A stretch of DNA of 43,644 bases from a bacterium. GTDB lineage: Bacteria > Desulfobacterota > Binatia > UBA1149 > CAITLU01. This document shows, piece after piece, positions 25,972-35,700 of this stretch. The notes under the pieces are model-generated. The model did not search any database. It was not told the origin of the DNA and saw only the letters and a list, made by a program, of their open reading frames with translations. The stretch's first letter is position 1; each line of letters begins with the position of its first letter. Made by a program: the position numbers and the translations under genes. The stretch spans positions 1 to 43,644 of the forward strand of contig PIVZ01000001.1 in the NCBI GenBank assembly GCA_003354045.1, given 5' to 3'.

Positions 25972-28009
25972 GCGCAAGACCCTCGAGATAGTTGCCAAGC
26001 TCCGGGACCTCGTGAGCAAGAACACGGGTCGCATCCGGCAGTCGGTGACCCGGATGGCCAGCAGTATACGGCGGTCGTTCGTCGGGGTCGGGCGAGTAGT
26101 GTTCAACCTCCGAACGGCGCTCCTTGGTCTGGGTGGGCTCGCAGTCGCCAAACAGTTCAACGATGCCGGGTCATCGGTCGAGCAATTCAAGATGCAGCTC
26201 GGCGCCCTGTTCGATGATGAGGAGCGGGCAAAGAAGGTCCTGGCGGAAATCCGTAAATTTGCAGCCGAGTCACCGCTGGCCACAGAGAAAGTCGTTGCGT
26301 CCTTCGTCCAGCTCGAGGCGGTGGGGATAAAGGCTGCGGAGCAGGTGACGAAGACCCTGGGTAATGTCGCTCTGATCTTCAACAGGGACCTGCAGGACGT
26401 AACTTCGGGCTTCATATCGTTCGAGACGGAGGTGCTCCGTCGGTTGGGCGTAGAGATGAAGCGGACAGGGGACACAGCTGTGCTCCAATCCGGCAGAATC
26501 CGAATCGAGACGGAGAACACCGCCGACGCGATCCGCGCTGGCTTGCTCCAGATCTGGGAGGAACGCTTCCCAGACGCGATGGAGAGGGCGCAGTCCACCT
26601 TCAAGGGGAAGATGGCGACTTTCAAGGGAGCCATCTACGAACTTGGCGCCGACCTTTCGGAGGTCTGGCTACCGGCTCTCAAGGACGCGCTGGATAATGC
26701 CAGCAACTTCATCAACGACAACCGAACAAGGATAGTGGCCTCCTTCCGCAACATCGGCTTTGCGGCGACCACCACAGCGGGTGCTGTAACAGATGCCTTC
26801 TCCGCGATGGTGGATCATATGGCTGGGCAGACCAACAAACTCGGCGAGGCCACAGAGAAGGCCATCGGGAGGATAGTCAGGCGACTCGGTACGCTCGCGG
26901 TCGAGGTGGCCAAACTCTTCTTTGACATCGGGATTCTCGTGGCTGGTGCGATCTTGCGTGTGATCCCCGAGCTCGTGGAGCTCGCGGCAGTCAAGACGAT
27001 GTTCCTCATGCGTCAGACGCTCCGTGGAGCCCTGGGTATAGAGACCAGCAAGGAGATGCAGCGGTGGCACCGTAGGGTGATCCGGGGGTACGAGAAGAAC
27101 CTTGCGGAAGCGTTTCAGGATGTGAAGTTCGCCACGATCGGGACGCTCGAGGGTCTAGAGCCTCAACTCGACAAGCTCGGCCGCGGGTGGAAGCGGCTCG
27201 GCCGCGCGATGAAACGCGCGATGAAAGACAGCGGCGTGACGGAGGCTCTCGCTGCGATCCGGGCAAAGATCGAGGCGGAGGTCGTCGCGACCAATGCCGC
27301 TATGAATAGCCTATTAGCTGGCCCAAGTGCCGGCGCTGGAGATGGTGGCGGCGTGGAGCCCCCGGCCGAGACCTTGTGGGACGCGTTCATAAAGGGTGCA
27401 CAGCAGGCGCGTGACGAACTCAAGATGACGAACGAGCGTATGACGGAGTTTGCCGAGGCCTCCGGCAAGAGTCTCTCTCAGGCTTGGCGCGGCGGTTTCG
27501 TCTCCAACATGAAGGACGCGCTTGATGGTGCGAAGTCCTTTGAAGATGCGTGGAACAAGGCGGGGATGGCCGTCGTCGATAGACTCAAGGAGATTGTGCT
27601 TGAACTGATAGCCATAAGACTCGAGGCCGCTGCGATGAAGTTCTTGGATGCTGGTATTTCGGCTGTGGCGGGGGTTATGCCGTTTGCTAGAGGTGGTGTG
27701 GTGCGAGGGGGCCTCGCTCTCCCGGTCCCAAGCTACGCGGCTGGGGGAATTGTTCGTGGCCCGATCTACGCTCGTGTAGGTGACAATAGGAGCCGGACGG
27801 AGGCCGTTGTGCCGATGGCTGACGGCCGTACTATTCCCGTTGATCTCCGAGGCGAGCAGGGTGGTGGCCAAACGACTATCATCATTCAGGCGATCGACAG
27901 TCGGAGCTTTGCTGAGGCCGTGGCTCGAAATCCAAGGGCAATTGTCAGTGTGGTACGTGGAGCTCTGCGCTCGGAGCCGGGACTACGTGGGGATGTTAGG
28001 CGGGCGTGA
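25964..28009 (+). CDS. Tail tape measure protein
   Basis: 681 aa, helical and A/L/E-rich. Position after the G/GT pair. Confidence 0.85.
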   Translation: MAERKTLEIVAKLRDLVSKNTGRIRQSVTRMASSIRRSFVGVGRVVFNLRTALLGLGGLAVAKQFNDAGSSVEQFKMQLGALFDDEERAKKVLAEIRKFAAESPLATEKVVASFVQLEAVGIKAAEQVTKTLGNVALIFNRDLQDVTSGFISFETEVLRRLGVEMKRTGDTAVLQSGRIRIETENTADAIRAGLLQIWEERFPDAMERAQSTFKGKMATFKGAIYELGADLSEVWLPALKDALDNASNFINDNRTRIVASFRNIGFAATTTAGAVTDAFSAMVDHMAGQTNKLGEATEKAIGRIVRRLGTLAVEVAKLFFDIGILVAGAILRVIPELVELAAVKTMFLMRQTLRGALGIETSKEMQRWHRRVIRGYEKNLAEAFQDVKFATIGTLEGLEPQLDKLGRGWKRLGRAMKRAMKDSGVTEALAAIRAKIEAEVVATNAAMNSLLAGPSAGAGDGGGVEPPAETLWDAFIKGAQQARDELKMTNERMTEFAEASGKSLSQAWRGGFVSNMKDALDGAKSFEDAWNKAGMAVVDRLKEIVLELIAIRLEAAAMKFLDAGISAVAGVMPFARGGVVRGGLALPVPSYAAGGIVRGPIYARVGDNRSRTEAVVPMADGRTIPVDLRGEQGGGQTTIIIQAIDSRSFAEAVARNPRAIVSVVRGALRSEPGLRGDVRRA

Positions 28010-28011
28010 TG

Positions 28012-28512
28012 CTAAAGGGATCTCGTGAAGATGTGCCCTTGCTTCCAGGCCTCGTAGTTGTCCTGTTCTTTAAGCAGCCAATACCGTCCGCCATCCCACA
28101 CGCGAACCGCGATAGCGGCCATGCGGGTTGCGGAGACAGGCCCGCCAAAGGCGTTGATGCCTTCAGCCAACGTCGGGTCCACATACCCCAGGACATCTAC
28201 CGTACGACCCTCGGCGATCGTGTTCTCTCGCGTCGCCGGATAGAGGGCGACCAGCGAAATTCCAAGGGTGTCGTGTTGATGGTCTTCAACGTACACCTGA
28301 AACAAGGTGCCGTTGGGGGTGTCACGCGCCCAAAGAACCTCACCGTGGAAGGCAACGAGTTCCCCTTGCCATCGTGCAGGGTTCTTCTCGATCTCAGCCA
28401 AGGTGTCGAAATCATGGGGCGTAGGAAAGCCGACAAAGGCTTGTCTTGCCGCGGAGAGAGAACAGCCCGCAACGATGGTCGCTGCGAGCAGGACAATTGC
28501 AAACCTTCTCAT
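28012..28512 (-). CDS. Lipoprotein, Slp/OB-fold-like (moron)
   Basis: MRRFAIVLLAATIVAGC is a signal peptide plus lipobox. The body resembles Slp-type lipoproteins (WQGELVAFHGEV..., EGRTVDVLGYV). Opposite strand to all neighbours, with its own promoter. Confidence 0.75.
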   Translation of the reverse strand: MRRFAIVLLAATIVAGCSLSAARQAFVGFPTPHDFDTLAEIEKNPARWQGELVAFHGEVLWARDTPNGTLFQVYVEDHQHDTLGISLVALYPATRENTIAEGRTVDVLGYVDPTLAEGINAFGGPVSATRMAAIAVRVWDGGRYWLLKEQDNYEAWKQGHIFTRSL

Positions 28513-28519
28513 AGAGAAA

Positions 28520-28549
28520 ATTCTACGACCTTGCCGAGCGCTGGGTCAA
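28520..28549 (-). promoter_or_regulatory. Sigma70-type promoter for the lipoprotein gene (TTGACC-N18-TAGAAT), near-leaderless
   Basis: The minus strand reads TTGACCcagcgctcggcaaggtcgTAGAATtttctctATG. There are only 7 nt between the -10 box and the ATG, and no SD. Confidence 0.6.
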
Positions 28550-28595
28550 GGAAAATCCGCGCGCGTATAAGTGACCTACTTCACACTATGTGTGG

Positions 28596-28614
28596 AAAAA
28601 TGATAGCGCTATCA
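28596..28614 (-). terminator. Weak intrinsic terminator candidate after the 57-aa gene
   Basis: The minus strand reads TGATAGCGCTATCA (14-bp palindrome) followed by TTTTT. The usable stem is short. Confidence 0.3.
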
Positions 28615-28785
28615 GTCAGTCGAGTTCGGCTTCCCCTTTTTAGGCTTTGCCTCGTCATATACACCGCCATCGTCAAGGATAAGTGCTCCTCCGCGGCGCT
28701 CCTTTCTCCGTATCACCGTCTGCTCTCTTGCTGGCCGCGCCGGTTTCTGCGGTGGCTTAACGGGTCGCCTTTCCTTAGCTGCCAT
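28612..28785 (-). CDS. Small basic protein (57 aa), hypothetical
   Basis: ATG 28785 lies 5 nt after a perfect AGGAGG. Sequence MAAKERRPVKPPQKPARPAREQTVIRRKERRGG... The longer track ORF (to 28839) would overlap the divergent gene. Confidence 0.55.
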   Translation of the reverse strand: MAAKERRPVKPPQKPARPAREQTVIRRKERRGGALILDDGGVYDEAKPKKGKPNSTD

Positions 28786-28823
28786 GGTGTCCTCCTGGGA
28801 GTAGCGCGATAGGAGTAACACCG

Positions 28824-29255
28824 ATGACTGAGTTGACACAAGCCGAAGTAACGACCTACGCCACTCTTGTTGTGGCAGTAGCCTCTATTCTTTCAGCGAT
28901 CTTTGTAGGCGGATCACTGCGGCAGAATGCGCGAGCTCGTGAGCTCGAGGCATACCTATACGTAAGAGCTCGGCTAGAGGGCCTCTTTGAGAAATGGCAC
29001 GAGGACTACTGCAAGCGGGAGGAGGAGGAGCGCTGGAGATGGGTCAGTATGCAGGCCAACGCCTTCGAGCTGCTTGGTATTCTCGTGTCGAGTAAGGTGA
29101 TTAGGGACTCGACGCTGTGTGGCGACTTTAAGCAACTATTGACGAAGTTCTACCCTCTCTTCGAGGAAGTCCTGCCGGCAGCAGCCGAAGACCCCACACG
29201 ATTGACTAAATTGAAGGCCCTTCACGAGAAGTGGAAGGGGGAGGTGTCAGCGTGA
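28824..29255 (+). CDS. Membrane-anchored hypothetical protein (143 aa, one N-terminal TM helix)
   Basis: AGGAG 8 nt upstream. YATLVVAVASILSAIFVGG is the TM helix, followed by a helical charged domain. GC is visibly lower than in the flanking tail genes. Confidence 0.65.
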   Translation: MTELTQAEVTTYATLVVAVASILSAIFVGGSLRQNARARELEAYLYVRARLEGLFEKWHEDYCKREEEERWRWVSMQANAFELLGILVSSKVIRDSTLCGDFKQLLTKFYPLFEEVLPAAAEDPTRLTKLKALHEKWKGEVSA

Positions 29256-29258
29256 GCC

Positions 29259-31748
29259 ATGCCGACGATCCCGCGCACAGATCCATTTTCGGCACTGGTG
29301 GGGAGCCTGCCTTCTGACGGGGCCTCCTGGGTCCTTGGAGATCACATCGCGGTAGATAAGCCCGATGATGAGTACGGAAGTCTCAACCGCTACGGAAAGC
29401 GCGACACAGGCATAATCTGGGCCTCCTCGACGCTTTCGGCCGAGGCCTGGCTGGCGTGGCGCGAGCCAGCGGCGGGCGCGACTATCCAGGTGGTAAGGGG
29501 GAAGTTCTTCTGGCGCCACGTGAGCGGCTCGAGGCGCGACGTGCAGCTCGGGCTTATGGCTCGGCTTCAGAGTATAGCCTCCACGGCCGCTGGGCCGCCT
29601 GAGCGCTGGTATAAGGGAGACGCCTACACCCTAGAGGCTGAGATCGATGCAACAGCGGAGACGGCCGATATTTACATCCGCCGGGTCGATCAGGGCGTGG
29701 AGAGCGATCTGGTGGCCGAGGCCGCGGTATCCTGGCCGGAGGGGGAGACCCACGATCTCTACCTGAAGCTCAAAACCCGTGCTGATGGCAGCGTGAAGCT
29801 GACGGCCAAGATGGACGGCGACGATCTTATGGAGATCGTGGACGGCGCTGGGACCGCGCACACGGGGGCTGGGTGCTATGGGCTCCTCACGTCCTCCGGG
29901 AAGATCGCCACCGGAGAGAGCCGTGGCTCTATTCGTGAGTTCTGGGCCGAGTCCGGCGGGGGGACGATCTGGCTGCACGACACCTTTGACCGGCCAAACC
30001 GTCAAGGGAGCGACGACTACTATCTCCGGTCCCTGTGGTGGCCCACTGAGGCCGTGGCGACGAGTGGTGGAGAGGTGAGCTACTCCTCAGAGGCCGACGT
30101 GGAGAGGGTCTCCCTATACCAAGCCCGGCCGACGGACGAGGACTACACGGCGCAAGCCGACGTCACGTTTCCGAACGCCTCGGACGCCCACTGGTGCGGC
30201 GTGTGCGCTCGTGCGGGTAAGGCGTCCTCGAGCGGCGACCTCGACTCGTTCACGGGCTACCTGGCCCGGCTCCGGATCGACGACAGCACCGACAACCTCG
30301 AGATCAAGAAGGTCATCGACGGCACGGTGATACAGACGGTCACGGCCAGTGTCTCTGGGCTCTCTCATTCCACGCCGATCGTCCTCAAGATCGACGTGAG
30401 CGGGACGGATACCGTGACGGTGAAGGCGTATGTGGATGCATCACTGGAGGCCACTCTGACCGACCAGGCGGCCGACAGGCTGACGCAGTCTGGCCAGGGC
30501 GGGATATACCTGCGCCGGGTGAGCGGTGGCTCTGGGGCGTTAGTGGTCGATGACTTCGAGCTCGGGGACCCCGCGGCCTCGGCGGACACATTCACGGCCC
30601 TTCCGGTGGCTGATGAGGATGTAGGCGGCATCTCTCGGTACGTGGTGTTGGGCGAGGATCTCAGCAGCCAGGCTGACGGGGTCAAGACGACGTTCGACCT
30701 GGCGGACACCCCGGAGGCGGCGGCTAACGTGGCGCTTCGCCACAACGGCTTCCGGCTGAAGCGGGTGGCAGGTGCGCCCAGTGCCCTCGAATTCTCGGTG
30801 AACCCAGCCGGGCCGACCGTGACGATGGGAGACACTCCGGCCGCCGGCGAGTCCCTCTCCGTGGACTACACGCTGGTCGGCAACACCGACGTCGTCATAG
30901 GCGAGGAGCCCACCGGGACCCGGGACGGCTCCAACACTCTCTTTCTGCTTGCCAATGTCCCAACAGCCAAAGGGGAGGGGCGCTGCACGCTCAACGGGAT
31001 GGAGCTCGTATATGTGACCGGGGCGAGTCCCGGGGTGAACGAGTACGCCCAGCCGGGATCTCAGCAGGTGGTGGTCAACGCGGCGTTGGCTCCCACGGCC
31101 TCCGACCCGCTCTACTTTGACTACTTGAAGTCTGGGGCTTCCCCCCGCCAACCGCTCTTCGGCCAGACGCCTACCGGGGCGATCGACGGCTCGAACCGCG
31201 TGTTCGAGCTCCCTGTGGCGCCCAACTCCCCGGCCGAGTGCATCCCGGTACTGAACGGCTACCCGCTTCAGCCGGCTAGCGGGGTGCCCTCGGAGACCGA
31301 GTTCTCGGTGGTAGGAAAGAAGATCACGCTCGGGGACACGCCTGACGTTGGGAACTGGCTACGGGTGCACTCTATCAGCGCCGGGATCTTCGAGGCCGTT
31401 CTGACGGACATGCCGGACTATGTGCTCAGGGGGAGCCAGCGATTCCGGGGAGTCTCTTACAAGTTCGAAGGAGGCTACGTCCAGTCCTGGCCGCTCTCGA
31501 CGAACAAGCGGCGGGTCTACGTCTGCGTCTTCGGTGCACGGACCTGGAGTGAGTGTAACGCCTTGATGGACTTCTTCGAGAGCCGGACGGGGCCGTATCA
31601 GCAGTTCACCTGGACGGCGCCGAGAGATACCTCCCCGTCCACCTGGCACGCCAAGGGGCCCGCCCGGTATTCGAAGACCGACACTGACACATACGTGGTG
31701 ATGGTGGAGTTCGAGCAGCTCATCACGTTTGCGGCGGCTGCAGCATGA
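29259..31748 (+). CDS. Distal/minor tail protein (gpM position) with large N-terminal lectin-like domains and three tandem ~90-aa repeats
   Basis: 829 aa, first tip gene after the tape measure. The C-terminal ~110 aa are followed by the L/K/J-like genes. Three repeats share the pattern G..P.G..DGSN..F.L...NG..L. Confidence 0.55.
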   Translation: MPTIPRTDPFSALVGSLPSDGASWVLGDHIAVDKPDDEYGSLNRYGKRDTGIIWASSTLSAEAWLAWREPAAGATIQVVRGKFFWRHVSGSRRDVQLGLMARLQSIASTAAGPPERWYKGDAYTLEAEIDATAETADIYIRRVDQGVESDLVAEAAVSWPEGETHDLYLKLKTRADGSVKLTAKMDGDDLMEIVDGAGTAHTGAGCYGLLTSSGKIATGESRGSIREFWAESGGGTIWLHDTFDRPNRQGSDDYYLRSLWWPTEAVATSGGEVSYSSEADVERVSLYQARPTDEDYTAQADVTFPNASDAHWCGVCARAGKASSSGDLDSFTGYLARLRIDDSTDNLEIKKVIDGTVIQTVTASVSGLSHSTPIVLKIDVSGTDTVTVKAYVDASLEATLTDQAADRLTQSGQGGIYLRRVSGGSGALVVDDFELGDPAASADTFTALPVADEDVGGISRYVVLGEDLSSQADGVKTTFDLADTPEAAANVALRHNGFRLKRVAGAPSALEFSVNPAGPTVTMGDTPAAGESLSVDYTLVGNTDVVIGEEPTGTRDGSNTLFLLANVPTAKGEGRCTLNGMELVYVTGASPGVNEYAQPGSQQVVVNAALAPTASDPLYFDYLKSGASPRQPLFGQTPTGAIDGSNRVFELPVAPNSPAECIPVLNGYPLQPASGVPSETEFSVVGKKITLGDTPDVGNWLRVHSISAGIFEAVLTDMPDYVLRGSQRFRGVSYKFEGGYVQSWPLSTNKRRVYVCVFGARTWSECNALMDFFESRTGPYQQFTWTAPRDTSPSTWHAKGPARYSKTDTDTYVVMVEFEQLITFAAAAA

Positions 31749-32368
31749 GAACTCTCGAGCCAGAACTGACCGAGGAGAAGAACAAACTCTCCCAGACCGA
31801 GCCGTGGCTCCTGCTTTGGCAGATAGACGCGGACGCGGCCGGCACGACCAAGTACTGTTTCGTGGCCCACGAGGAGGAGGTGGAGTTCGACGGAGTGACG
31901 TACTCCCCGTTCCCCATCGCCCCCGAGGAGAGGACGGAGAACACGGAAGGGAACCAGACCTCATGGCCGGTGAAAGTCGCCTACGTAACGCGCGCTTTCA
32001 AAACCGAGCTGAAGGCGACGAACGGATTCAAGGGGCACGCGGTCAAGGTGATCCTGGTGCACAAGGACCACCTCGACAACCCTGAAGCAAAGATCGAGGA
32101 CACGTACAGGGTGCACTCCTACAGTGCGACCGAGAAGGAGGTGACCTTCCAGCTCGGCCACACCAATCTACTCGAGGTGATGTTTCTCTCGGAGCGGTTC
32201 ACGGACCGGTGCCGGTGGGTCTATCAGTCGCGCGAATGTGGGTACGCGGGGGCTCTCGGGAGTTGCGACAAGACGCTGGACGGGACCGCCGGTTGCGTGG
32301 CGCACGCAACGGACTCCTCCATACACCCTCAACGTTTCGGGGGATACCCGGTGATACCAGAGGCATGA
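31745..32368 (+). CDS. Minor tail protein L-like
   Basis: C-terminal Cys cluster CRWVYQSRECGYAGALGSCDKTLDGTAGC parallels the lambda gpL Fe-S motif. Synteny supports the call. Confidence 0.7.
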   Translation: MRTLEPELTEEKNKLSQTEPWLLLWQIDADAAGTTKYCFVAHEEEVEFDGVTYSPFPIAPEERTENTEGNQTSWPVKVAYVTRAFKTELKATNGFKGHAVKVILVHKDHLDNPEAKIEDTYRVHSYSATEKEVTFQLGHTNLLEVMFLSERFTDRCRWVYQSRECGYAGALGSCDKTLDGTAGCVAHATDSSIHPQRFGGYPVIPEA

Positions 32369-32775
32369 GGACGTTCGAGTACAACGACCTGATCGGGGTG
32401 AAGTGGCACGCCGGCGGGCGATCAACGGCTGAGGGCTTCGACTGCTGGGGGATCATGCTCGAGTGCGCCCGGCGGCTCGGTGTCGAGATTCCGGACGTGC
32501 AGGGTTACGACGAGGACTGGGAGGAGCAGAACCCTCGGCTGATTCTCGACTATATGGCTAGGCCGCCGTGGGTGGAGGTCACGTCTCCGCATCAGCCGGG
32601 CGATCTGTTCGTTATCAAGTGGCCAAAGTGTGCGGTTCCCACGCACCTGGTCATGGTTGTCGATCGGACCCGCTACATCCACGCCCACAAGGAACGCTGC
32701 GTTGAGACGGGTCGAATCAGTAGGCTGGCCCCATTCATCTTTGCCGCCGTCCGTCACGAGGCGCTCGTATGCTAG
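32365..32775 (+). CDS. NlpC/P60-family peptidase (tail tip, gpK C-domain / GTA g14-like)
   Basis: ATG 32365 (ATGA overlap). GFDCWGIMLECARRLG gives the Cys nucleophile, with a downstream His in PTHLVMVV. Confidence 0.7.
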   Translation: MRTFEYNDLIGVKWHAGGRSTAEGFDCWGIMLECARRLGVEIPDVQGYDEDWEEQNPRLILDYMARPPWVEVTSPHQPGDLFVIKWPKCAVPTHLVMVVDRTRYIHAHKERCVETGRISRLAPFIFAAVRHEALVC

Positions 32776-35700
32776 CGATCACGTCTCGGCCGGCCATCTT
32801 CACCGAGCGAGGTGGGCGCTCGTACTCTGCGGAGTACCGCGCCGGCAAGTCTCTACGCGACTACCGCCCGCGCGAGTTCGACCACTGCGAGTTCTACTGC
32901 GTCTGGAACGGGAGGGTGATGCAGGGGGAGGCGCTTGATCGTGTCCTCCCACATGACGGCGACAAACTCACGTATGCGCCCTCTCTCGGCGCAACTGCAG
33001 CGGGACTGGCAGCGGTCGAGGTCGCCAAGGGGATGTTTATCGAAGCGCTTATCGGCGCCGCCATAGCGGCCGCTGTGAGTGCGGCGATCAGCTATGCGCT
33101 CAGTCTCCTGATCGGCGTTCCTGGAGAACCTGAGGACATAGATGACGAGGGCGCCGTATTTTCGCCGATCCGCAACACGCGAGGCCGTGGACTACCCATT
33201 CCAGTGATTTACGGGCAGCACCGTCACGGCGGCCACGTCTTGAATCTCTACACGACGCTCGACGAGCGGGGCAACACGAAGCTCAGTATGCTCTTGGGTG
33301 TGAGCCACGGGAGAATCGAGGGAATTGGCTCACAGACGGGTGAGTTTGACGACCTCGCCCACGATCATGCGGACCTCAGTAGTGTCAAGGTCAACAACAA
33401 CCCACTGACCTCCTACTCGGGGACCACCGTCTCATTCAGGCCGGGCGAGATCACGCAGTCCGTCATCCCGGGATTCAACAACCTTCACGACATCCAGGCC
33501 ATAGAGAGCCTGCTCGAGCAGCCGTTGGATGCTAACGGCAACCCGGCGAGCGGTGCCGGGGACTGGTACAGGCACTCGACGACGCAGGCCGTAGACCGTG
33601 CCGTCATCAACATCGCGCACGGCGGGCTCTACTACGCGACGGACAAGGGGAAGATCAAGACGTACCATGTGGCCTATGATGTGCGCTACCGGCTACAGGA
33701 TGCGGGCGGTGGCGTCCCGGGGCCTTGGTTCTACGTGAACTACGACAGGACCAGTGGCACGCACATTATCACGGCGAATCCTGCCCAAGCGGTGCCGGTG
33801 TGGGTGGAAGCGAAGCGAGTGGCCGCCTTCTCGTCAGCCTTCGAACTCGTCTTCTCTACGCGCGACGACTACGACATCGAGGTGAGGCGGCACAATCGCG
33901 ACAGCACCAACAGCAACTCCGGCACTCAAACCCGCCACAAGCCGACCAAGAGAAACAACCAGATCACCCTGAGTTCGGTGGACGAGATCATTGACCAGGC
34001 GTTGGCGTATCCTGGGACGGCACTGCTGGCGTTCAGGAATATTGACATCCGCCAGACGGGCGGCGCCACGCCGAATGTGACGGCGATCTACAAGGGCAAG
34101 CGGGTCCCCGTGTGGGACGGCGTTGACCCGGACAATCCGGTCTACGCGCACAAGTGGTCGCAGAATCCTGCCTGGATCAGTCTCGACGTCTGCCTCAACG
34201 AGCGCTACTCGATGGGCGCCTATCTTGATGACACTGATCCCGACCTCGAGACTCTCCTCGAGTGGGCGGACTACTGCGACACGCTGGTGGATGATGGCGA
34301 AGGCGGCACAGAGGCGCTGGCCCTTTACGATGCCGTGATCAGGGGAGAGCTCCCTGCGTGGGAGATGCTCCAGAACATCAGCCGGACGGCGCGCTGCGCT
34401 CCTCTGATTTCAGGTCGCAAGATCAAGTTCAAGGTAGAGAAGCCCCGATCTCGTACCCAGGTATTCGGGATGGGAAACATCCGGGAGGGCTCGTGGTCGG
34501 GCTCGGGGCTCAACACGGTGGACGCACCCAACCAGATCACCGTGCAGTATCTGAGTGCGGGGAGGGATTACGCGGGGGATGCCGCGACCTTTGAGCTCGA
34601 TGAGGTACTGACGAACTCTGAGCCACTGCGGCGGAAGTCGTTTTCCCTCATAGGTATCACCAGACCCGGGCAGGCGCTCAGGGAAGCCAAGTTCCTCGGG
34701 CTCATGGGGAAGGCGCTCGCCGAGATGCAAGGTTTCTCCTGCGGCTTGTCGGCTCTTGGTGCCGAGGCGGGTGACCGGATAGGGATGACCCACGACGTTC
34801 CGGACTGGCAATACTCAGGGCGGATAGCTACGGGTTCTACGCTGACCTCCGTGGTCCTCGATCGTGAAGTGGTGCTGGAGGCGGGGACGACCTACGAGGT
34901 GATGGTAATTTCCAACACCGACGATACGGAGACACTGGTAGTCACTTCGCCGGCGGGCACCTACGCTGCCGGCGATTCCATCTCGGTCGCGTCCAACTGG
35001 TCCCGTGTGCCCGAGAAGCATGACCCCTTCTACTTGGGCGAAGAGGACAACGTCGTCAACGATTGGGCGATCGTTGAACGGGGGATAAATCCCGACCTGT
35101 CGCAGAGCGTGAAGGTGGTCACTTACGATGAGAGCCCGATGACGGACTCATTGACCCTCGGGCAGATAGTGGAGGTGCCGAGCGTTGTAGCTCTCGGCGA
35201 TGCGCACCGGATACCGTCCGATGCGACTGACGTAACCCTGGTGGCAGATCCGCAGATCTCGAGGAGCGGCACGGTCAAGGATGCCTTGCGGGTTCAATGG
35301 GCGGAGGTGAACGAACAGGGGACCCGGAAGCGGGAAGTATTTCTACGAGAGTCAGCGGACTACGAATGGCGCTCGGCTGGGGTGGCTACGGGCGGTGAAC
35401 TCCTGATAACGGAGGACGTGGAACCGGGGACCGCCTATGACGTGGCCGTGGTAGGGGTAGCTGATGCTGGCGATCGAGGTCATCCGGACGCATCACCTCA
35501 GGCAAGTCTCACCTACAATCCGTTGCCATCTCGTCCGGTGCCGCCGACAAACCTGGCGCTCCGGCGCGTGGGCGACGTCGTGACTCTGTCTTGGGACGAT
35601 CCGGGCGTAGACGAAGAAGCACAGCCGCAGAATAGGCACCTTGCCTTCTACCGGGTGAAACGGGGCAGTGAGTGGCGCGAAGCGATGCCCGTTGCCGACG

